A stretch of DNA of 64,000 bases from Octopus bimaculoides (lineage: Eukaryota), in the NCBI RefSeq assembly GCF_001194135.2, contig NC_068981.1:129381377-129445376 (forward strand), read 5' to 3'. The translations under genes and the position numbers were made by a program. Within the stretch, counting starts at the first letter, position 1; each line of letters starts with the position of its first letter. Shown here piece by piece: positions 13,124 to 25,855 of this stretch. The notes beneath the pieces were generated by a model. It saw only the letters and a program-made list of their open reading frames with translations, searched no databases and had not been told where the DNA came from.

Positions 13124-16100
13124 AGATGCACTTAGAAGGAAGGAAGCGGGCTGTGACAAAGTATAGAAAACCACGCTCGCAACAGACTGTGCTACTCATA
13201 CATATAAATGTATACATATGCACACACAGAGTTGAAGCACTGTTTGATATTTTTCACCTTTTTGTACCCTTTTATATATTACAATTAGCTGTCATTTTTG
13301 ACAGTATGGGACCAGCTAGTGAAACTATAAAGATTAATGCATCACCAGCCATATTTTCTGATTTTTGCTAACACAATGTCATTCATATATTCTAACACCA
13401 ACAAAAGAGTGTTTTTGAAAAAATGTTTAAAATATAAGTGTTCCTTTGCGAGAGCTCACAATGGTCCAGGGGCTCTACTTTCTTGGTTTAGAAGCATTGC
13501 TTTAAAACTAGTGAGCATTTCTTCTCTTCGAAAGAAGGGTTCTGCCTGAAACAGAAGACTTTGTTCAGTATGTTTTCAAATTTACTGTCCCAATTATTTT
13601 TATTCTTGCTGAGGTACAACATCAGTATACATAGATTCTACCATTTATACTAATTATCTAATGTTTGTGTCTGAAAGGCACTGCAGTATTGTAGGGATAT
13701 AACAGGCAAATTATAAGGTCGACAGAAATTAGCAAGAAACAAGTTGAATATGGCCTGTAGGGTGTGCAATAAGAAACATAGAACTGGAAATGATAAAGTG
13801 AGTTAACAGTCAAAATATAAATAAATTGAAATCTAAATTATCAATACACAAACACACACACACACATGCTAAACATACAAAATTTTTGTAGAGTAAAGAA
13901 GAATTAATGACGAAAGTATTCAGTATAAATACCTGGAGTATGTGTGGGTAAACCTACATAGCATTCTTCATCACATCCCCTCTTGGCATCAAAATATATT
14001 CTACCAATCTGGAGTATAAAAAAAAATAGTGCACAGGAATTTTATAAATTATGTGAAAAATTTACAAAGCAAAAACATTACACAAGAAATAGAAAAATAA
14101 GCCAAAATCCCACCCCGCTTATCCCTTGAAATCTTGACTAAACTTTCAGAGGAAAGGGGGAATTTTTTCTTTAAAGAAAAAGGGGAAGAAAACAAAGAAA
14201 AAAATGAAATAGAGAAAGCAAAGGTGACAAAAGAAGTCCCTAAAGCATAGTGTCCCAAAGAGGGTGATATCACCCACTGGTGGGCAAAGAGTGAACTTGT
14301 AGAAAATGGTGGGCGATTTGAGATTTTGATGGGCAATATGAACATTTTGTGGGAGACAATGAATTTATAAAAATTAAGTCTGCATTTACTGACATCTAGG
14401 CATGCCTAGAATAAGGATGCACTTTTATCGATTTGACTAATCGCATGAGACGTCACTTTGTATTAAAAAAGCGGACTTGTTTATCGATTGAATATTTTTG
14501 TCGCAGTCATTGAGATGGTTGTCGTGTGCTAAAAATAGCAGCCAAAAGGCCTAAGCCTTAAATCATACTCCACCAGATTTTTTCTTTTTTGCATAATCGG
14601 ATGAAGTCCTGCCTATAGAATTCAAATTTGCAAAAGTTTTCTGAAAATTCTGAAAAATAAGTTATGTGGGGTTATATGTTGTGCATAATTCTGTGGCTTT
14701 GTATCAAAACAAGTGTTATTTTCAGGAAGTTGGCAAAATGTGCAGCCATGCACAAAATGAAAGCTTTGAAATCATGTTTCTTGACTGGGTGAAAATGATC
14801 AAACTTTAAACCTCTATAACTTTTTAAGAACATTTTTCTGGAAAAAGTCGAATAACTAACAATTTAGCTTGGAAAGGTACATTAATGAGCCAAATTAAAA
14901 AACTTTTGATAAACTTTTAATTTTTGAAATGCTGGCAGCCAAACGAACTAGATCTGTATTTGCTCCAGTAAAGACGTGTCATCTGACTCTGCTCTATCAA
15001 CTTCTCTTTGGGAATACCATACTGCCTTTCTGATGCTGTCTGTAGAAATTTGTTTTCACGTTTTCACTTTACTAAGGCCTCCAGTCAAGAAAATTTGTTG
15101 ACAGTTGTGATTTTTATTCCCTCTCCTTAGAACTGTCAATTACCAATGTGCGTTCTTTGCCATCAAACACTGACCGACGAAGCAATGAAACCTTCACGCA
15201 TGAAGTATCATTTGATGCAAAGCATTCTGACAAGAAGGACAAGCCATTATTATACTTTTTGCAACTGAGCTCCTCTTTCAAAAAGCAAGCATAAACATTC
15301 AACACACTACTCCAGGAAACTAGTAGACAGGAGAATGATGGCCGATTGCATCGTACAACATTGCATTGCTAAGTCTGGGAAGTCTCGCATAACTGAAGCA
15401 ACATTACTTTGCCCAGTTATTGAAGAGGTTTTGTCAACCGTTATGCATGAAAAATCTGATAACATTATGAAGATCCCACTTAGTAATAACACAATTTCTC
15501 GATGCATTGATGAAATGCCCAACAATGTCAAACATCAGCTCATTAATATTTTCCAGTGTTCTGAATTTTCTATACAAGTGGATGAGTCAACTGTTGAGGA
15601 CAATCAATGTTTGATTATGGTATATATTCGGTATTTCAGTGAAGACCTTCAACCTTGTGAGGAAATGCTGTTCACAGAGAAATTGCTGCTTGATTCAAAA
15701 GGTGCAACTATTTTTCAAACTCTCAAGTCTTTCCTTTTTGAACGTAGTATCCCACATAGTAATATTCTTGCCTGTGCATCTGATGGAGCCCCTTCAATGA
15801 TAGGAAGATACAGAGGTTTTTCATCTCTCCTAAAGCGTAAAATTTCCCACCAGATACTAACTGTTCATTGCTTTTAGTGGTAAAAAATATGAACAGTAGA
15901 TTGAATGATGTGCTACAGTTAGTTATCAAGACTTAACAAATTGAAGTCCAGTCCCTTGTCCGATTGAATTTTCCGTCAACTCTGTCTGAGAAATGATGAG
16001 GACCGTACCAAAGTGCAGTGGCTGTCAAAAGGAAACTGTGTTTTACGCTTTGTTGAACTGTTTCATATAATCATATCTTTCTTTGATGATACTCCAGTAT

Positions 16101-19100
16101 CTGCTTCACTATTGGCTGCAAGGTGCAATTTCTTTTTTCTTTGTGATATATTCACAAAATTAAATGATTTGAGTAAGTTATTGCAAGGAAACAGAAAAAC
16201 TCTTGTTGATTGTAAATCATTAATCACTCTGTCATTTCGAAATTGGTGTTGTATAAGACTAACGTTTCAAAACATTAATTTCCACAACTTTTTGAAAGAT
16301 GAATTGGTTGATGAGGATTTAACTACATATCGCAACTATTTACAATCATTGCACAATAACATGGTGGAGCAATTTCAAGATGTTATTGCACTGCATATTC
16401 CAAATTGGTATAGCAATCTGTTTGAGGTCGATGCAGTCAATTGTGAGGATGACGTTCAGGAGGAATTGATAGAATCACAAAATGACAATGATGCCACAAT
16501 GTGATATTGCCATAATGGCAAAGAAGGTTTGTGGTACCAACAGAGTATATTGAATTCCTACCCCAATCTGTGGAAACACCTGAAATTACTTTTGTTTGTC
16601 CTCCCTACCTCATACCTGGTTGAATCTGGTTTTAACTATGTTAGAGCTTTACTTTCCCATAAAAGAATTGGACTGGATGTGATACAACAAGGAAACTTTC
16701 GACTGAAGTTGACAAGTTTGAAACTGAATGTATTTGCAATAGCTGCATTGCACCAGACATGGTTCTCATTAAAAAGTTTTATTCTTTTCCTTTATAATAC
16801 AATCATTAATTATTTTTGCATTGGTAGTTCTGATCAATGGTTCATTTGGGAAAAATGAAAATCAGTGCAAAAGAAAGTGCAAGTTTCCAGAAGTTAATCT
16901 GTCTGCATAATATAGAGTTAACAGAATTTTATTCACCACTGATGGCAAAACTAAACTCACAATAAGGGATTTGTAAACAACCGCATATTTAGTCCAAACA
17001 GCACTAACAGAGCAATGAGTCTACAATATAGTGTATGTCAAATGATACAAGGGGGTGTTTTCCTAGGGGATTTTGCGTTGGGTGTGGTGTCAGGGTAAAA
17101 ATTTCTTTTTTTACACAGGTGGGCAATGGAGTATTTTTTGGCCGAGAGTGCAATTTGAAATGAAAGGTTTGGGAAACACTGCCCTAAAGTAATACACACA
17201 CACTACAGAAAAAAAATTAAGGGAAAAATTTTTTAAATACCCAGAGGAGAGAAAAGTGAAAAATAGAAAATAAAAAGGAGTGAAAATGGAGAAATGAAAG
17301 AAGCCAAGAGTTAAGATGTAGCAGCAGCAAGAGTAAAAGAAACATACTCTATTGTATTTTAAAGGTTCCAATATTACTTGTCCATCTGAAGCTGGTCTGT
17401 AATAGAAGCGTGAGTCTGCTGGTCGAAATGATACTTGTGTCACTTTCATATATGCTTCAAAGGTGCTATGAATTTGTAATACCTTATATGGAATCTTTCC
17501 CTAGTGAAAGAAAGAATAAATAAAAACATTAACTCAGTGGAGAAAGCAGTAATTAGATGGAGATAAGCTAATGAAGAAACCTCTACATAGATAGAAATAG
17601 CAAAATCGCTAAAACCACATCCTTATGACTAAAACTGAATGTAATCTAGATATACAAAGAAACAAAAAGTTCTTGGTTGGAAAGACTTTGAAATCATGTT
17701 AACCCTTTCAAGGTTGGCCTGGGATTAAAGTAGAACTTGGGTGAAAATACTGATGTTTCCATTTCTGATGGAGAATGAAAGAATCAGTCAAGGTAAAATG
17801 GAACAGAGAATGGATTTTAAAGGGATAAATATAGAAGACAAGATACAAATCAGATGGGACCCTCAATGGAAACAGCTGACCTATGAATTAATGTACATAT
17901 TAGTGTATTGAGAGAAAAGTCAAGCATAAGAGGAATTAGATGCAGTATGCAAGAGAGAAACTGCACTGGTTTGGTCATGTGATGTAGCTGGACACCGACA
18001 GCTCCATAAAGAAGTGTCATTCAAAGTGGATAGAATTTGTGGGAGAGGGAAACCCAGTAAGACATGGGATGAAGTAATGAAGGACAACCTCAGGATGCTG
18101 AACTTTTCGGATGAGATGACAAAGGACTGAGATACCTGGTGCCTTGCTGTACTCAAGAAGACCCATCCTCCACAGCAGAAGTATTAAGGCTGCATCTCCT
18201 GGTGAAGAGGATCAGTCTGCAAGAGTCCTGTGCTGGTGCCACATAAAAAGCAATCATGCCAGTGCCATGTAAAAGTGTTTGTGCTGGTTCCATGTTAAAA
18301 GCACCCAGCACACACTAAAATGGTTGGCATGCTCGTGCTCTTTCCAAAATTTGCACCATAACACCCTCAAGAGTTTCAGACCCCACTTCTGATTTCTCTA
18401 TTGATGTTCTGCAGTTGCATCAGGGTCTCCGGTTTGTTGACGTAAACCCTCTCTTTTAGGTATCCCGACAAGAAAAAATCTGGGCTAGAGAAGTCTGGGG
18501 AACGAAGTATAGGAATGGCATCTGGCCATAGAAATTAAACCAGACTAGAACCTGGTGCAGCTCTCTGGCTTGATGGCTCTGGTCAAACCAACCAACCCAT
18601 GTCAGCATGGAAAATGAACATTAAAGGATGATGATTACAGAACTAAAAACTGTGACGTTTTAGAAATAAAACCAGGAGTGTGTATCTTCATATACTAACA
18701 ACTGAGCTATGCATACATATTGGAGTATATAGCAATCACACTAAAATTCTAAAATATTATACTAATCATTATTGGTAATTCTGAAGGATAACTTAGCCAT
18801 ATTGACATCAGAATCAATCACTATATTAAAAAAAAGGAAAAAGTATTTGCAAAACAATGGTTTAACAAAATTAAAATTCCTGTAATTAGTTATAAAATTG
18901 GGAGAAAAAAATCATATGAAACAGGTGTTATCACTTACTGGATATACTCTATCAAAAATAAGTTTTTCTGGAATAGCATTTAAACTTCCTTTTGCAGTTC
19001 TGAGTGATACTGGTATAAATAGGGTCTATAATACAAAAAAAAAAAAAAAAAAAATCCAGTTGGTTAGAACAGCTTCAACAATTTTATATAGAGGAAGATT

Positions 19101-22100
19101 TAATAGTTGTAGCATATGACTCCACGAATTGGTGACCCCACTAGTGCTGGTGCTATAAAAAAAAATACCCAGTACACACTGTAAAGTGGTTGGCATTAGA
19201 AAAGGCATCCAGCTGTAGAAACCTTGCTAAAACAGACATTGGTGACCAACACAGTTGTCAGGATTGTCAGGCCCTGTTGAACCATCCAACCCATACCAGT
19301 ATAGAACATGGATGTTAAATATTGATAATGATGAATTGTAGCAATATAACACTGTGATTGGTGAAGGGTTCATTTATTAATTTCCAATAATACGGTATTA
19401 AATGTGTGATGATTAGTCATTACTCATTAACAATATAACACTAAATGAAAGAGTGTCATTAATTGTTGGCAATAAAAAATCCCAAAGCATATCAAGTGGT
19501 TACCACATGGGTTACTAACCAGTGTAGCACTTTATATGAATATACCTCAAATTGCTAATTTTATCTAATATTTTGGTTATGTGGAATTAAAATGAAAGGA
19601 GTAAATTGCAAACAACTTGCAGAGAGAAGTGCTGCCAGTTGAAAGCTCTGCATGCTAGCAAGCTTATGGGGCAATCAGAAGAGAATGCACGCTGTTTCAG
19701 GTTGGGCCTTCCTCTTGATGGTATCAGAGTGCACTGGCCCTCCTCACTGACATGAGAAATGGAAAAATAAAAAAAAAGGTCTGAACATTATAATAGCATA
19801 CCTGAAATTGAGTGACAATAAGGACTTGTCCAGAGAACATGCCTTCATATAGGGCAGCAGTGACATTCACACTGAACACAGCAATGTGGTAAGGTTTTAA
19901 TATTAACTAGACAAAGAGAAATATAAAATTTTGAAATATTAACAATAAAAAAACGAACACAGGATGGTATATATAGCTTAAAACTTATGAAGAATGCAAT
20001 GGTGTCATGTTATAAGAATCTAATGAAGGTTAGCTGAGAGTACCAAGAATTACAAATGAAAAAGGTTAACAATGAGAATTGTTACCAAATACTAGAAATG
20101 GTTGAAAGAATATTGCTCTGGTGCAGAGAATTCAGTTACATTTAAAGATGTAGAAAACACTGGGTTTGATAAGTGCTTAGCACTAGATCTATGGTTTGAA
20201 GAGGATGGGAAAGATTTTACCTGAATTAGACCCCAGACTATCATGTGACATTTCTAGGAAAATCTGATGCCTATTTGTTGTAGTGAGGCAATTTGAGATA
20301 CAAAGTGTATACCTATATAAACATTTTCAATGGATTTAATTTCAAAACTTACAACATACAAATGACTTATCTACCCAGTCACTTCAATTTATATAGTACG
20401 TTTGTCCAACCCATGCCAGCACTGAAGATGGACATTAAAAGATGGTGATGTTTTAGTTTATCACACATCTACATCTATGCACATAAATCTATATGTAAAG
20501 TATATATAAAAAAAAAAAAAAATCAAACAAGATGCAATACCATTTCATTCAGACTCAATTATCCTGTTAAACAAATTCATGTATAAGAGGAAAAAATTAA
20601 CTGAAAATATTTCCCTTTATTTCATGGCAGATAGTTGAGACTTCTAGTTTGTGGCTAAAGGAGCATTGATTAAAATATTAAAAATCTAATTAAAGGAATC
20701 AAAGGCATATATGAAATAGTCAAGTTGGGAAAAATGTATATGTTTGTATACTGTGAAAATTTGCAAGCACTTGCATCTTTTCAACGCATATACAATATAG
20801 CCAAATTTGCTAACTTAACCAACTGATTCCTGCTAATCCAAACTACAAATAATTTCCACAACTTCTTGTTATTTGCTAAATATGAAATAATTAAAAGTAT
20901 AATGAATATTTCAACAAATATATTAAGAAATTTCAATATATCCTGCAAAACTTTTTATACTTTCTTTCAAAGATCCGATCTCTAAAAGGCAAAAATTAAA
21001 AGGTTTGAGATATATAATCTAAGAATAAAGATATCAACTTTTTCCATTAACATTTAAGTCTAATGAAGTAGGAGCTGGTTTGGAATATAGAGAATTGTAT
21101 AGCATTAACACATAAAAAGTAAATCTATAATGAACTCACTGGATCTGTGTCAATATCGGAAATGTTGTGAAATTTAGTAAGTGTTGTACCATTGCCTTTT
21201 TCTATGCCAAGTAACTGTAAACTGCTCTGGTTCATACTGCAACTAAACTCTGCAATTACAATCTGGAGAAAAGTAAAGAACAATGAACAAATCTAAAGGT
21301 GACAAGGTGATGCAAATGTAAGTAAGGCAATTGTCATAAGAGAAACGAGAGTACCTTCTTTTATAAAAAATGAATAAATAAAAATATTATAATTAAAATT
21401 CAGATATCAAAAGTAGACTAATGTACAATATAACTAAATTTATCAAGTGAGGTTATAATTCAAGTCACTTGTCACTCTTATATTACTAGTGTTTACATGT
21501 GCACTAACAAAATTCCTAGTGAAACAAGATAGAGTAGGTTCTAACTGAAAAATAGTTATGCAGTTATTCAGATGGAAATTGACAAAATACTTACATTTAC
21601 TGGATTGTTATTTTGTATTGTAAATGTTATACTACGGTGTTCCCCAACCCCTGTTGTGCCAAAATCAAGTTGACCCTTGGACTTTTCTGGTCGATGATGT
21701 ATGACCTACAAAAAATAGACAAAAATACAATGAAAAACAGACAAGAAAAAAAACAAAAGAATGCACTAGAATATTAACTAGTTACTGTTGAATGGACATA
21801 AATGAGAAAATGTGGTTTGCTTACCTTAAGAAGACCACTGTATACGATGATAGGAATACTGAAGCTAGATGCATTTGTCTGAATGATTATTTGAGAGGTG
21901 AAATGAAGTGATGTAGTGTTTGGATGGAAATGCAACAAAAATGGCACTAGAATCTCCTGGGGACGAATTATCACAGGCTTAGAGAAGTTTCTGATCTGAA
22001 TAAAACAGAATATTAAGAAAGTTAAAGACACCACTGATAATATTACTAAAATAAAAATACACTGATAACTACTGGAGTAGATGTTCTCTATATCATTACA

Positions 22101-25100
22101 AGTTGTATATTCTTACAAATATATTACAAAGCACAACTGTTTTACATGGTAGCAAACAACTGAATATTTATAATCCATCTTTAAGGGAATGATTCACTGC
22201 AGCACTTGTTTTTTAATTTAGTTCTAGTCATAGCAATACACTTAGACACTATTGCAATGTTATTTTAAAATCTCTTGAGTTTTTAATACTAACACAAGCA
22301 CATCGAAAATTGTCACTGGAGATCCACACACACACCTTTGTAAGAAACTATGAAAAATTACAGTTATCTACAACTAACTGACTGACCTCTAGCAGTTACC
22401 ATTAAAACATTCAAGCATTTCAATATTGTATAGCAACCAGGTGCCTTACAGCCCAACATTATCACATTACCTCATATACAAATACTATATGGTAGAAGGT
22501 ACATTTTCACCCAAGAGAAGATAATAGCGTATTTCATGTGCAGAGTCTATGGATTACTACTTTCAACCTGTAGCCTCTGCACCATATTCTTTCTTGAGCC
22601 AAACTGATTGGGGTTGATTAACAATCACACTATAAAGTGCAAGTTTACAAAATATTTTCTTTTCCTTCACTTTTGCCAGAATGAGTAACCTTTGTAAACA
22701 TAGGGTTGTCCAAATTTAAACTTGTGGTAGCGTTAATTAAATTGACCAAGCAGAGCTTCCAATGAGATCTCACAAACTTCATAAAAGTGAATTTTGAGGA
22801 CATATTTATACACACACACACACACATAGTACAAATACTGTAATATAGATTTCTCAGACACAAACACCTGAGAACAGTATCTCGCAAGGGCAAAATGCTT
22901 ATAGTTGGATATAAACCAATAACTCCTGGCACACCTGATCTACTTTACCATGCGATCATGAAGCTGCTCCAGCTGGAAATCAAGTCTGAGATGTAATGGC
23001 AAAGTGCTAAAAATGTTATACTAATAATACTAAAAAGTTTTCTGAGCAAGTTCCTTTTTATAAAGGTCAAAAGTATAGCTGATTAACTTGTCCTTATAAT
23101 ATTACTAGTATTAACCTCAGTAGGATGAAATCTAATTCAGTACCACAGGATTCTTAATTTACTTTAAAATCATCAGTAATAATAATCTAAGTTATCCTGT
23201 TAGTCATACCTTTATATAAAAGGGTTCTGCATTGCTAAGAAATGCTCATTGTTAATGCTTTCAAACACAGAAGAACAAGATAGAGTGTATTATAGATATA
23301 ATATAGTTACTGCATTTATAAAGCATTAAAGACAAAATTAAGTATTCAAAAATTATGAACTTGAAAATATTAAAACGTTTTAAATTTAACTTTAAAAAAA
23401 TAAAATGTATGGAATATATCTAGGAATATGACAACAGCATGAGGGTGGAATGATCCTCCCTAACAAATAACAACAACAATATAAAAAGAAAGATATTCCC
23501 AAAACAAAAGCACTTTTCAAATACTCACTGAAAAATATTTGTGTATACCATGTGGAAGGCTAACATTATATATGACTATAGAGAAGTTAAAAGTATTAGT
23601 AAAGGCCAGCGATCTGGTATGGTTTCTCATAAATGAGCCACTGTAAAAGTGAGTGCTGTTTGCATTGTAGACTAATGACCTGAAGTAGAGAGCAAAAAAA
23701 AGTTTGTAGAGAAATAATTACAAAAGTTTATTTAATTGAATATCAATTCCAACTAAAAATAAAGAAGTGTCATATCAAATACATACCCATGAAGTACATT
23801 TACTTGGTAAGGGATAGACAATTTATTCATATTATGTTTGGATTTTACAACAATTTTTCCAGACCACTGTCTAGGATTTAAAGCTTTAGTGGCTGGAAAG
23901 AAAGAAAAAAAATTTTCTGAAAAATTGTTTTGAAAAAGTAAAATATACTAATCTACTTATTATTTATCTAAATGTCTAGTTTTACAGAAATGTAAAATAT
24001 ATCTTCGACTAATATTTTTTGTACATAAATCTTGATATCACATCATCTCATCAGAGAAGTCCTATTTCAAATCTGCCTTGCCCTAGCTTTGCTTTGCTTT
24101 CTCAATATCATCACTATCAGCATATGCCACCTACAGCTAACACAATCGCCCCTTTTGCTTACACTAGAAATGTATTTTGTACATTGGTTTTTAGTAAATT
24201 ACTTCCACTCAACCTATCTCTTAGAAACATTTGTTGTTTCTCCTTTATATACAACATCATCCTTTAACGTTCATTTTCCATGCTGGCATGGGTTGAATGG
24301 TTTGACCAGAACTGGCAAGCAGGAGAGCTGCACCAGGTTCCAGTCTGATTTGGTTTGGATTCTATGGCTGGATGTCCTTTCTAATGCCAATCCTTTACAG
24401 AGCATGCTGGGTGCTTTTAATGAGTACACACACAAAAAGTTAAGGAGTAGAAAAGTTTAATTTGTATTGAATGAAATTATTAAGAGGATGCAAATTAGCA
24501 GTCAGAGTAAGGGAAAGAATAACTTGTAGTAGCTGTTCTATCTCTCAGCAATCTGAGTTCAAATTCTGCTGAGGTCAATTTTACTTTTCATCCTTTTGAG
24601 GTTAATAAAAAAAAGTATAAATCCAGGGCAGTGGATTGATAGAACTGTTAGTGATATCTGTTCTGGGATTTTGTTTTCTGACAGCAACACTTGTGATGAT
24701 ACCGGGACGAAGCTGCATTAGCCCTAAAATGGTGGATTTCCCTTGGGACAACATCAGTGGCATCAATAGAGAAGACTTGCATGTACAAGCAGTTGCCAGT
24801 CTTTAGGAAAAATCTTAGCCCATGCCTGTACATGCAAATTACATGGTCAACCCTCACTGATAGAAGCCTTGGAAATTATCAACTAAGTAGGATACACAAG
24901 TTTTTGTGGCAACTATAAAATTAAAATTAGCATTACTAAATTAAACAGAAATATACCCACAATACAAGTTGTTGTCATGCAAAAATCGTGATAAAAGCTT
25001 TCAATGTTAGTATCACTGGAAATCTCACATTACCAATTTCATTTATCCGATGTCAAATTTTGAAATTGGTGCCCAGTCTCCTAAAAGCATTTTAAAAACA

Positions 25101-25814
25101 AGTTCAATTATTTTACATAGCTGTTAACTACAAGATTTGGTAAAATGGTAGTAATAGAACTGCTCGGGTGCTGAACTATTTGCTTGATACTGCTAGATAA
25201 TTTACTTTATCACCATCAGTTTGAGGCTATCTACCTTGGCATTTCTAAGTGAAATAGTTATAATAAAGAGAATGAAATTGAATGGCAAATACCTGATCTA
25301 ACAATATACACAACTGTGTTAGTAGATCAATTATGGAAGGATGTATGAAAAATAATACCTCTAAATGTAATCTGGGCTACTGCTACACGACGTAATACAT
25401 CTGGTTGTAGTTTCATAGGTCGGAATTCTACAGATATAGCATCATTTGGAGGTGATAAGGAAACACCCTGAAAAACAGGACAAGAAATTTCTCAAGCTTT
25501 TTATGTGATCCTAACTGAAACGTTTTGATAGAAATAAAATAGCTTAAAGATTTAAGAAAATATATACATTTTTACTATTATGTTAAACTGTTGTATGTCC
25601 AATGTTGGCCCAATGTGTTCTCACATGCATACACACACAAAATGTGTAGGCATGGTTGTGCAGTTAAGAAGTTTCCATAACATGATTCTGGTCTCAGTCC
25701 ATTCTGCAGCACCTTGGATAAGTGTCCTCTACTATTACACTTGGCCAACCAATTCCTTATAAATATGGTAGATGGAAAGTATACAAAGCCTGCAGTTTCT
25801 ATATGTTTATTTAC

Positions 25815-25855
<41 letters not shown>

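Noticed and set aside
12528-13371. Long ORFs with YIYIYI runs (also 25578-25938, 37324-37643, 54266-54872, 59121-59344)
   Set aside because: Artefacts of (TA)n tracts and N gaps.
13460-13545. Exon-like segment (tttcag...gtgagc) on the minus strand in intron 20
   Set aside because: It is 86 nt, frameshifts and hits TAG in the required phase; exons 20 and 21 join correctly without it. A poison exon cannot be excluded but has no support.
24648-24857. ORF and a CTGATGT...GAAAT hammerhead-like string on the minus strand
   Set aside because: A9 is missing and there is no proper stem I, II or III; the ORF has no similarity and is not needed for the gene model.
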